Positions 1 through 9,690 of a stretch of DNA of 37,284 nt are shown here, piece after piece (within the stretch, counting starts at the first letter, position 1; every line of letters begins with the position of its first letter). Location of the stretch: NCBI GenBank assembly GCA_030167865.1, contig JALAGF010004294.1, forward strand, positions 1 through 37,284, read 5' to 3'. The notes beneath the pieces were generated by a model. That model saw only the letters and a program-made list of their open reading frames with translations. It had not been told where the DNA came from and made no database searches. A program made the position numbers and the translations under genes. The stretch is from Craspedostauros australis. Its lineage: Eukaryota.

Positions 1-522
1 ATCATTTTTCGTGACGAACAACGTCATCCATTGACATTTCCTCTTCGTTGACTGGAGAGATGTTCGCGTTCTTTCGATGTCTTGCTTGTTCTTTGTGCTC
101 GCCTCCGCTCCGAATGCCACGCGGAAGACTATGATTCGTCAACGAAAGCGGCTATGCCAGCGCGGTGGTTTTGGAGTTCCTTGGCAGAGTTTTTAGCCTC
201 TTTCAGTCACAAAAGACACCGGCGCGCCAACAAAATAGGTCCAAACCGCCCTTGCTCGTAATCATCAGCCACGTCCGCCACATCCCTCCCGCAAACCTGC
301 GCTGGGACGCACGAGCACCCTCGTCGCCATCAGCCAGCGGCTTTGTGGAGAGAACGGAGCGAGGGGATCACGCAGAAGCAACGAAGACGACAAAGCGACC
401 ACACACGAGCCACAAAAGAGACGAAGGAAGAGCCAGACAAGGATCACCCCGCCTCTTTTTCCCCAAGCTCCAGCCAGGTGGACACACATCTTCCTGTCTC
501 TGCCATTGCAACCACGCGCATC

Positions 523-3098
523 ATGGACGACGAGCAGCCACCAGCACCAGCACCATCGCCTTCCGAGCCAGCACAAGAGCCGAACCATGATGATGACCGC
601 CAGGGTACTCGTCCTACCGACACGACGACGCCATTGCAAGCGCCGGTGAGAGTGACAGTGGGAACTCCGATCGGGACAGGCGTCGAGATGGATAAAGCCA
701 ATGATTCATCTGCGAGCGATACAGCAGGTGAGTTGCGCCCCGCGGCGTCATTCGTTGCGTCTCATTCGTGAAGGTTCTATTTGATGGCATGCCCGTTTCT
801 TGTGTATGGTTTCTCGACAACGACAAATATGGGTACCCACAAGTTTCATGTACCGCATCCCTTGTGCAACAGGCCCGCAGAATTGACCGATCACCCAGCC
901 ATGAGCAATGAAGTGGCACGAAGAGATGCGCACCATTCTGTGGAAAGAGCGACCCAGATGGAAGTGGTGCTTAGAATCATCCAAGCAGATGAATCTTCGC
1001 AGCCTGCTCACGGCCAGATTGATGAACGGAGAGCTGCCTGCTTCTCTCAAATCGCACAGAACCCCTTCCTCGCCAACCTACTCATGCAGACAAAGCTACG
1101 GGTATTCCTGGCGAGCTTCCGAAGGATCATCCGAAGAAGCAGCCGCAGCTCCGATCGAACGTCACCTCCCAACAATCCAAGTTGTGCAGTGTGGATCGCA
1201 CCATCCCTACCGAAACGAGTCCCTCCCAGAAAGCACATCAATCAAAAGCGTCTCCAACACGCCTACCTCGACTTTATGCCGAGGGTGGCACTCTCCAGAG
1301 GACGAGCAGCGGGTCAACGATTGATGGGTCCGTCATGCCAGCACCTCCACCGTTGAACCGCCATAGCCAACGGGTCACCCTTCCAGGTGCCTTTGAGAGC
1401 GGCAGTGGACTGCACGGAGGTGACGGCGGAGCTGGAGACATCATGCGTGATGACGTAGCGGCAGTCGACAATCCTGACAACCTTGCCAGCGTGCCGACGG
1501 TCCCAATCGCGGCGACGTTGGCGGCAACCGATGATGAAATCGCCGACCGCGTCAGAGAGGAGATGCAACAACAGTTCGATGAGCGTATGGAACTGGAAAT
1601 CCAGGAACGGGCGCAGGAACGGGTCTCCGGTGCTGTGTCAGCCGTCGCCGTCGCGGAAGTACCGACTGATTCTTCTGCGGACATGTTTGACGCGACGATG
1701 AAAACAGCATCATCGCTAACGGCGAAAGGGGCTGAAGGAGGACCATCGGCACAACAATCCAAGCGGATGCTGTACAGCGGACTTGGCGCAGTATGCCTCG
1801 TGGCCACCGTGTTGGTCCGTTCACAGGATGACTCGTCCAATGCAAGTCCGACGACTGGCTCCCCAACAGCGCCAAATATGGATCTGTATGTGGACAGACT
1901 CCTCCCCATCTTGGGCCACACACCGACTTTCACAAAGCGTGAAGCATTCGAGGATACTGACACTCCACAGTACAAGGCCATGGAGTGGCTCTCCACTTCC
2001 TACGATATCGATGAGGTGCAGTACAACATTCCCACCGGATTGGTTGCTGGTGACAACTCGACAGAGCTGAGCGTTGGTGATATACTAAACGCGAACGACG
2101 TCAGTCTCCGACACTTGATCGAACGGTATGCGGCAGTGGTGTTCTACTTTGCCACCGAGGGCCCAAACTGGCCATCGACTCAGCTCAATTTCTTGACACA
2201 AAACACATCCATTTGTGACTGGAATGACGCAGACGAGGCAGGAATCTTCTGCAACGAGACAGATGGGACCGTTCAGAGGCTCTTGTTGAACCATTTTGCC
2301 CTCGTTGGGACGTACCCGATGGAAACGTATTGTTTCTACAACATGCAAATTATCTGGGTCGAAGTCAATCCGTTCTTGGAGGGCACCATCTCCACCTTTA
2401 TCGGGAGCCTGCCAGAATTGCTCGAGTTTGATGTCGGAGATACCAAGTTCTCCGGAACTATCCCCTCCGAAATCGGCTACGCTCCGAAGCTTGAACTCCT
2501 CTATGTGTATGGCACGGACATCGGCGGTTCCATACCGACGGAAATTGGGCAAGTGTCGACGTTGGGACGTATATCGCTGATTGATTCCCAGGTGGGTGGA
2601 ACACTGCCCGTGGAGATGGCCCAACTGCTGAACATGCGGTATCTGCATCTTAGCGAGTCGTTGCTGCAGGGTGCGGTGCCGACGCAGTTTGCCAACATGA
2701 AGAAACTTGAAGAGGTGTGGCTCGAGGGTTCCGACTTGATTGGAAACCTGGATCCCATCTTCTGCCGAAGCGACCAACCTCTGATAGACGAGCTTGACGC
2801 TGATTGCAGAGATGATGGAGAAGATGCCGCACGAGTGGCATGTTCCTGCTGCACCAACTGCTGCTTTCAAGGAGGAGGGGATTGCATCTCATCTTGGGAG
2901 TCCAGGCCTGATCCATGTCACTATGGAGAATGCGTTTGGTGTGGCGATTCGAGATTTGCATCATCGTGCGACAAGTGTCTGGAGACGGGCAGCCCTGGCG
3001 AGGTGGCAAATGCAACGATGGGCGCGGAGCTGTGTGGGGCATCCTGCGCGTGGGACGCGGAGATGGAGACGTGCGGACCAAGGACGGACTTTGAATGA
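523..3098 (+). CDS. Type-II membrane LRR receptor-like protein, copy 1 (5' structure uncertain; possibly frameshifted)
   Basis: ATG 523 (MDDEQPP) matches the copy 2 start (MDEEHPN). Strong donor AG|GTGAGT at 728. A phase-compatible acceptor CACAG at 1059 joins the frame that stays open to TGA 3098. The product has a disordered N-terminus with a PGAF motif, a short hydrophobic segment (1767-1817), a QYKAMEWL...ERYAAVVFYFAT.GPNW...C.W LRR N-cap, about 6-7 plant-type LRRs (GTIPSEIG) and a CSCCTNCC Cys-rich C-terminus. Confidence 0.85.
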
Positions 3099-3199
3099 TC
3101 ATCGGCTGCACCAAGGAGAAAGGCATTCTAGTTCGTAGAATACTTTTGCATGAGATGAGTATCGTCCGAGAGCATCCTTCGATTAGTTGTTTTCCATCA

Positions 3200-3590
3200 T
3201 TGCCGCCTGCCGTCAACCACGTGCCCAAAGCCATGCAGTCCAGCAAGTACAAGGTCAAAGCGCGATCCAGATCCAGGAGGTCCGTCCTGTCATTCCTCCA
3301 GACTAGCTCGTACTGTTGGATAGATCCCCAAAGAACATCGTCTGTTGCGCCGCCCCCGGCACGACGATGACTCCGAGACTCCTCTCCGTCTCATACACAG
3401 AACTGCTCTGTGGTTGGTACCCCTGCAGTGCGAGGCATCGGAGGTTCGTCAACGGAACCGACCAGGCTATGGTCCTTGACGCATCCCATCCCATCACGTT
3501 GGCATAGAACTCTGCAGCAAGCTCCAGATCGTGGACGTGGATGGAATGTGTATGGACAAGCGGCGACTCGGCAGAAGGCAATGCCAAGAC
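3200..3590 (-). pseudogene. Degenerate glyoxalase I / VOC-superfamily gene
   Basis: ORF 3587-3303 gives HTHSIHVHDLELAAEFYANVMGW...LALQGY, the VOC N-terminal signature. QYELVWRND follows in a second frame, and LHGFGHVV (GFGHV at 3232-3218) in the third frame, matching the glyoxalase I GFGHI motif. A phase-compatible 90-nt intron (3819-3730) could link to an upstream exon with a possible ATG at 4013. Confidence 0.6.
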
Positions 3591-3783
3591 GGTGCGAGAC
3601 TCCGTCGTCGTCAGTGTCGCTGCGGGTGAATGGGCGGCATTTGTTGAGAAAGGTTGCAGGACGCTTTGGAGCGGTCGTGACTCGCGGAGGGGATGGCGCG
3701 GCCTTTGCAGCCGTCGCTGTTTGTGTCGCCTGGCGAGGAGTTATGGTGCGACGAAGATAGTAGTCGTATGATGAGAGAGCGCG

Positions 3784-3810
3784 GTGTGTTGTGGTGTGGT
3801 GTGGTGTGGT
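3784..3810. repeat. (GTGGT)n microsatellite
   Basis: gtgtgttgtggtgtggtgtggtgtggt seen directly; it lies inside the putative minus-strand intron 3730-3819. Confidence 0.8.
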
Positions 3811-4308
3811 ACGATCTACCAATCCGGACGTGTGAATCTGCGCGGCCTATCTGCCGCCAAGGCCTCAGATGCGGAGGTCAACCAGGAAAGATTGGATGAT
3901 GTTGACGATGATACCGATCTTGCGCTGGTCGCGGGGGTGGAAGGAGGAACTCGGTTTGTGTCACGATGGGACACTCGTTGACAAGCAAAATATTCCACGT
4001 GGAAATACCCCATTCGCCAATTAGACCTTTGAATCGAGATAGGGTGATTTGGCCTGTCCAACTTGCAGATGGAGAATTTTTCGGGGCGAAGCCCAAACAA
4101 AACAACCAACAAACCAGTCACGCCCCACCGGTCATCCACGATGGCGCACCATCAAACCAACAAAGCGGCAAAGCACAAGGGGGCACCAACGCAAAGGCGA
4201 AGAAGTGACTATCCCACAACTCTTGCGAGGACACTTGTTCCCAAAGGTCATACCTTGCCATTCCATACCTCACATCGTGCTCCATTGCAGCAGGAAGAAA
4301 AGCCCACG

Positions 4309-6891
4309 ATGGACGAAGAGCATCCAAACCTCATACCAACATCGCCCACAGGGTCGACGCAGAATGGTGACGGGCGTCATGACGTCAACGATGTGATCGA
4401 CACATCAGCAACAACGACAATGACGACGATGGCGACGATGGCGATGGCGGCAGAGCCTCTGACACGAACTGGATCTCCCGGCGGTGCTGCGGAGACTTCT
4501 CTTGGTGATCCATCGACGATGGATTCCGATCATCAGCAATCTGCCTCCGATGAACAAAATGTATCTGATGTACCAGTATCCGTTGACCCGGAGACCAAGG
4601 CATCCACGAAGGAAACGGCGAACGTGGTTGAAGATGCGGTCAGAACCATCAATCTGGATGACTCTTTGCAAGCCACTCGCATCCTGACTGGTAACGCTAC
4701 TCGCACGAACCAACTTCAGCCATTGTCATCGCCATCGTCGTCGTCATTGTCATCTCCGCCTCGGGACAAGCACACTGCTGACAAGCTTCACAAAGAGCAA
4801 TCAAAGCAGCCGCAGCAGCCACAGCTGAGATCAAGAACTTCCTCCGAACAGGCCAAGTTAACCGGCAAGGACCACGACGTGCCTGCACAATACAGTTCCT
4901 CCAAGAAGGAGGACCAAGCACAGTTGTCTCCAACTCGCATCCCTCGAGTTTGGGCGAACGCCGATGAACTTCGAAGCACGAACGGCAGATCCATATGCGA
5001 CGAATCCACCATGCCAGCACCTCCGTTGTTGGGTCGCCGCGATCATCACGAATATAGCGTGGCTCGTCCAGGTGCCTTCCAGCGTAGCAGCAGCCTCTCG
5101 AGGAGCAACAGTGAAGTCGAAGCCATGATGCGCGATAATAGGGCTGCGATCACCCATCTTGACGGTCCCATCGTCGCCGAGTTGGCGGCTACCGACGAAG
5201 AAATCGCCGGCCGCATCAAGGATCAATTGCAGAAGCAGTTCGATGAGCGCGTGGAGCTGGAGATCCAAGAACGTATGGAGCAACGGGCTTCCGATGCCGT
5301 GGCAGCCGTTGCAGTCCTCGAAGTGCCGACTGGTGCCGTTGCCAAAAGTATGAACTCGATGGAATCATCCACAACGTCCAGCACGACAGAAAGAGGATCA
5401 GCAGCACAGCGGTCGAAGCGAAGAGCGTACTTCGGCGTTGCTGCCGTCTGCCTAGTCATCATCATCGGTGTTGTGATAGTGGTCCTCGTTCTCGTCGGTT
5501 CGCTGGATGAATCGTCCAATTCAAGGTCTGCGGTCGTGAATCCAACCGATGGACAGGCTGGACTCTCTCCATCATCGCCGACGCAATCACCAACGCGGCC
5601 CCCTACTCAGGCGCCCACACAGTTGCCATCACAACCGCCCACACAAGCCCCAACATCCACCATGGATGTGTACGTGGATAGACTCCTGCCCATCTTGGGC
5701 CACGCGCCAACCTTCACGAAACGCGAAGCGTTTGAGGATGCGGACACTCCACAGTACAAGGCAATGGAGTGGCTTTCCAGGACGTACGACATTGATCAAG
5801 TGCGGTACGACGTCACTGCCGAAGACATCTCCGGCAGCAACTCGACAGAGTTGAGCGTCGTTGACATCCTTGATGCGAACGATATCGGTCTCCGACACCT
5901 GGTCGAGCGCTATGCGGCAGCAGTATTCTACTTTGCCACCGGCGGTCCCGACTGGCCATCGAACCCGTATGGTTTCTTATCACAAAACAAGTCTATTTGT
6001 GGCTGGAACTATGTTGGTAAAAATGGTGATACCGGGATCTACTGCAACAGGAATGAAAGCGCTGTGGAAGAGCTCTTGTTCAGCGCATCCAGCCTCGATG
6101 GGGCGTTGCCAGATGAGGTGTACTACTTTTCCAATATGCAGTTCATGTGGCTGGAAGACAATCCTTTTTTGACGGGCACCATCTCGTCATACATTGGAAC
6201 GCTGTCCGACATGCGGAGCTTCGACATCACCGCAACTGGTTTCTTTGGAACCATTCCGTCGGAGATTGGGCACCTCAAGGAGCTCTACACGTTCCTCACC
6301 TTCGGCACGTCTCTTGGCGGTTCGATACCAACCGAGATTGGAAATGCGAAGGCACTGCGATGGTTCTCAGTGTTCGGAACCCAGGTGGGTGGAAGTCTGC
6401 CAAGCGAGATGGGTCGGCTCGCGGCCTTGACGGATCTGGAATTGGGTTTTTCGTTGATCGGCGGCTACGTGCCAAGCCAGCTGGGCAATCTGAAGAACCT
6501 CGAATCGATCTGGCTGGAAGACACTAGCTTGATTGGCAATCTGGACCCCATCCTCTGCCTGAGCGACCAGGCTGAGCGCTATGCCTTCGACGCCGACTGC
6601 GGCAATGACGGCGATACTCCCTCGCCCGTGGCATGCTCCTGTTGCACGAGATGCTGCGTTGGTGGAATTGAATGCCGCGATTCTTGGGACTCCAGACCGG
6701 ACCCGTGCCATTACGGAGAGTGCGTGTGGTGCGGTGGGTCCAGGTTCGCAGCATCCTGCGACAAGTGCGTCAATCTCGGCAATGTGACGAATGCAACGGC
6801 GAGGGAAGAGCTGTGTCAGGCGTCTTGTGCATGGGATGCGGGCAGCGCAACATGCGGGGCAAGAACCAATTTCACGGAAGTGGCGAACTAG
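4309..6891 (+). CDS. Type-II membrane LRR receptor-like protein, copy 2 (intact, apparently intronless)
   Basis: Continuous ORF (track 4063-6891); the start was placed at ATG 4309 by homology to copy 1. Features: disordered N-terminus with RPGAF, strong TM helix AYFGVAAVCLVIIIGVVIVVLVLV (5425-5496) preceded by KRR, a PT-repeat stalk, an LRR N-cap, LRRs, CSCCTRCC and a further Cys-rich module. Confidence 0.92.
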   Translation: MDEEHPNLIPTSPTGSTQNGDGRHDVNDVIDTSATTTMTTMATMAMAAEPLTRTGSPGGAAETSLGDPSTMDSDHQQSASDEQNVSDVPVSVDPETKASTKETANVVEDAVRTINLDDSLQATRILTGNATRTNQLQPLSSPSSSSLSSPPRDKHTADKLHKEQSKQPQQPQLRSRTSSEQAKLTGKDHDVPAQYSSSKKEDQAQLSPTRIPRVWANADELRSTNGRSICDESTMPAPPLLGRRDHHEYSVARPGAFQRSSSLSRSNSEVEAMMRDNRAAITHLDGPIVAELAATDEEIAGRIKDQLQKQFDERVELEIQERMEQRASDAVAAVAVLEVPTGAVAKSMNSMESSTTSSTTERGSAAQRSKRRAYFGVAAVCLVIIIGVVIVVLVLVGSLDESSNSRSAVVNPTDGQAGLSPSSPTQSPTRPPTQAPTQLPSQPPTQAPTSTMDVYVDRLLPILGHAPTFTKREAFEDADTPQYKAMEWLSRTYDIDQVRYDVTAEDISGSNSTELSVVDILDANDIGLRHLVERYAAAVFYFATGGPDWPSNPYGFLSQNKSICGWNYVGKNGDTGIYCNRNESAVEELLFSASSLDGALPDEVYYFSNMQFMWLEDNPFLTGTISSYIGTLSDMRSFDITATGFFGTIPSEIGHLKELYTFLTFGTSLGGSIPTEIGNAKALRWFSVFGTQVGGSLPSEMGRLAALTDLELGFSLIGGYVPSQLGNLKNLESIWLEDTSLIGNLDPILCLSDQAERYAFDADCGNDGDTPSPVACSCCTRCCVGGIECRDSWDSRPDPCHYGECVWCGGSRFAASCDKCVNLGNVTNATAREELCQASCAWDAGSATCGARTNFTEVAN
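5575..5660 (+). repeat. Pro-Thr stalk repeat (SPTQ/PPTQ/APTQ) within LRR copy 2
   Basis: Translation SPTQSPTRPPTQAPTQLPSQPPTQAPTS; 12-nt period. Confidence 0.8.
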
Positions 6892-7783
6892 TAAGAAGCT
6901 GAAAGAGAGAACTCGTAGACTATGTAAGTATAGTATGCTGGAACAATTACTGCGTGTCCTCTATCGTACACTAGATACCTCCAGAAATTGATAGAGGATG
7001 TCTATCTCTTGTGCTTTGCTGCGTCATACTCATGACATGTGACCCGTATGGAGGTAGGGCGCAGTCGAGACATCCCTGCAAGCCTTTGATCGGGCGATCT
7101 GCTTTGAGTGTGTGCCACAGTGCGAGGGCGGGCCAAGCTTTGGCTTGGGGACAGCAATAACATTGCATCCCACTCCACTCCACTTCAGTGTATTGTTGCT
7201 TCGGATTGATGTCGATGAGTACCAAGGCAGGTGTTATGGATGCGTATTGTATGCCCCGCACAGAGTGCTCTGCTTGCGGTTGGAGAATGGTGAAAGTTGC
7301 TCGTCTCTTGATTTCAATGTTGTAGACTTCTATACGGATAGGCAGACAGACGCTCCAACGGTTGCGAAAAAATGAACACGGCAAAGCAATGACTCGGAAC
7401 AGTCATTGCTGACAATGGCGGTGGTTGTTCTCCAATTGCGTTCCACACTGACAGCGCTAGTTGGCGTGGAGGCCAACACGTTCCGAGCAGTGACCAAGAA
7501 AGCATCCAAAGCTGCGCAAAGCTTCGATTCGCCCAACCAGCGAAGCTCTTAGATCAGACTGTCCAAAGTACTCAGCATCAAGTGTGTCGTCCCAACACGA
7601 TCAGACAACGAGTGTTCAGGAACTGTCTCTCTTCCCCACCAACGCAACCACATTGTATAGTCACAAGACGCTCTCAACAAAGAGTCCTCCATACTACCAC
7701 GACTATTATACTACTATACTACTATACTAATACAGTACGACCTTTGCAATCCCATTACACAATCGCATTAGACAGACGCAACC

Positions 7784-9215
7784 ATGAGCTTCTTTGGATC
7801 CAAGAAGAAGACCAAGAAGGAGGAAGAGGAGGAGGAATCGTCGGTGGAGTCATCGGAAGGAGAGGACGAGTCGTCGTCCGAAGAGGAAGAAACGGAGGTG
7901 GATGGAGATGATGACAGTGACAGCGATAGCGATAGCGACGAGGAAGAGAGTGACGATGATGATGATGATGATGATGAAGAGGAGGAATCAGATGATGATG
8001 ATGAGGAGGAGGAGGAGGAAGAGAGTGATGATGATGACGATGACGAGGAGGACAGCGAAGACGAAGACGACGACGAAGAAAGCGACTCGGACGACGAGGA
8101 AGCTGTGGTCGTCTCATCCAAAGCCGGCAAGAAGGGAAAGACCATCACGGCCAAGGAGAAGGACCCCAAGCGGCTGGCTGCGCTGGAACGCAAGGCCGTC
8201 GCAGAGGCCACGGCCACGGCAGACAAGGCCTTCGCGCCCAGCCCCACCCTGCTCAACCACGCATCGCCCAAGGAGGTCATGAAGCAGGTGGATGGGCCAT
8301 CGCTCAAGTCCTACAAGGCCAAGGACAACGTCTACGTTGGAAAGTCCGTGCCCGTGCCGGCCGGAAGCAGCCTTGTCGTGCCCATACCGGTGGCCATGCC
8401 TGGCTCCGTCGTGGAGTACACCGTCGATCTCAAGAACTTTGATATTTCCTTCGGAATCACAGCGGAGCGCGATGAAGGGATCACGGTGGTCAAGGTACGA
8501 TTCATTCATTCATTGGTTGATCGATTCATTGGTTGATTGCGTGTTATTGCAAGTTATTACATTACCGTGCTGCATTTGGACTGTACAAGGCCGTGGATCA
8601 ATTCATTTCATTCTATGTGCATTTTGTGAAGCAGGAGTGATACGAGTTGCTTCGTTCTCACGTTGTTGTGCACAACACTCTCATCAAATTGACGACTGAT
8701 TCTTTCGTCCCATACCTTGACGCCACCTTTCCACCCAATTCCCACCATCACAGGAACAAGAACGAACGGACAAATCCGACGGCGCCATCAGCGGCAAGTT
8801 CCTCGTCGGCACGGTCCCCTGCACCATCCAATTTTCCTTCGAGAATGAGTACTCGTGGTTCCGCGAGAAGGTCGTCACGTACAAGGTCACCGTCACGCCT
8901 CCCACCAAAGCCTCCCTCGTCGCCGGCCGCCAGCGACGTGCCAAGGCCTGCCTCGCCATCGTCGACAAGGACGTCACGGGTGCCCGAAAAGACCTCAATG
9001 CCAAGCGCAAGGACAAGAAGGACCTCAAGGCCAAGATCGACCGTCTGCGCAAGGACCTGCAGGCGCTGGAGAAGTCCATGGACAAGTGCACCAAGGAGGA
9101 GGCCAAGCTGCAATCGCGTGTGCAGCTGCGACAGGAGCAGTCCAAGCTGCTGCAGCGACGTGTCAAGGATCCAGAATATGAAGAGGCGGCGTCCAAGAAG
9201 GCTTCGAGGAAGTGA
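7784..9215 (+). CDS. Acidic-tract + GOLD domain + coiled-coil protein (exons 7784-8494, 8754-9215)
   Basis: Donor AAG|GTACGA at 8495 and acceptor CACAG at 8753, both phase 0. The spliced product reads VVEYTVDLKNFDISFGI...ISGKFLVGTVPCTIQFSFENEYSWFREKVVTYKVTV (the GOLD FxNxYSWxxxKxxxY motif), followed by a K/R/L heptad-rich tail ending at TGA 9213-9215. Strong C/G third-position codon bias. Confidence 0.88.
7820..8100 (+). repeat. GAT/GAG/GAC trinucleotide low-complexity tract encoding poly-Asp/Glu/Ser
   Basis: About 90 codons almost exclusively D/E/S in the ORF starting at 7784. Confidence 0.9.
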
Positions 9216-9690
9216 ACAAGTCAATATTGGCGCGGCGCCGTGGCGTGTCGTGTCGTACGGGTGCAGACTATCACACCATCCAATAATTGGTTTAGGATGA
9301 CAATGCCCTCAAGCAGTTAACTCGTAGAAGCACAAAACATGACTCAGCGTGAATGATTGCGGGTGTGGTGGTGAAGAGCGCAGCCGTATGTCGTGGAGAT
9401 TTCACTGGATGATGAAGCTGTCGTTCCACGACACTGCGAGTGACACACGGTACACGTCGCACAACGTGTTGGCCGCCCTGCTGTGTGCACCATACCAATA
9501 GTGAATCATATGTGTGTCTGTTCTATTTCTTTTCTTGTGTGTCGCTTGCTGTTGCTCATGGTGCTATGACTGATGCGCTATTTCGTGCTGCGCAACATCG
9601 TTCTGCGAAGGCAAGCCCACTGCCGCGGGAGCATGCGCATTGGGATACGCATAGGTGGGGATATTTCTGTCTGCTTGCTTGCCTGCCTGC

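Noticed and set aside
4063-4308. Upstream extension of the LRR copy 2 ORF
   Set aside because: Homology with copy 1 begins at MDEEHP (4309), and the upstream part is A/C-rich like a 5' UTR. It cannot be fully excluded.
7385-7410. Perfect 10-bp inverted repeat (agcaatgact-cggaac-agtcattgct)
   Set aside because: An isolated hairpin of this size could arise by chance in 37 kb; there is no U-tract, target-site duplication or associated element.
7768-8307. Poly-Ser, poly-His and poly-Met/Arg ORFs
   Set aside because: Alternative frames or strands of the GAT/GAG acidic tract of the GOLD gene.
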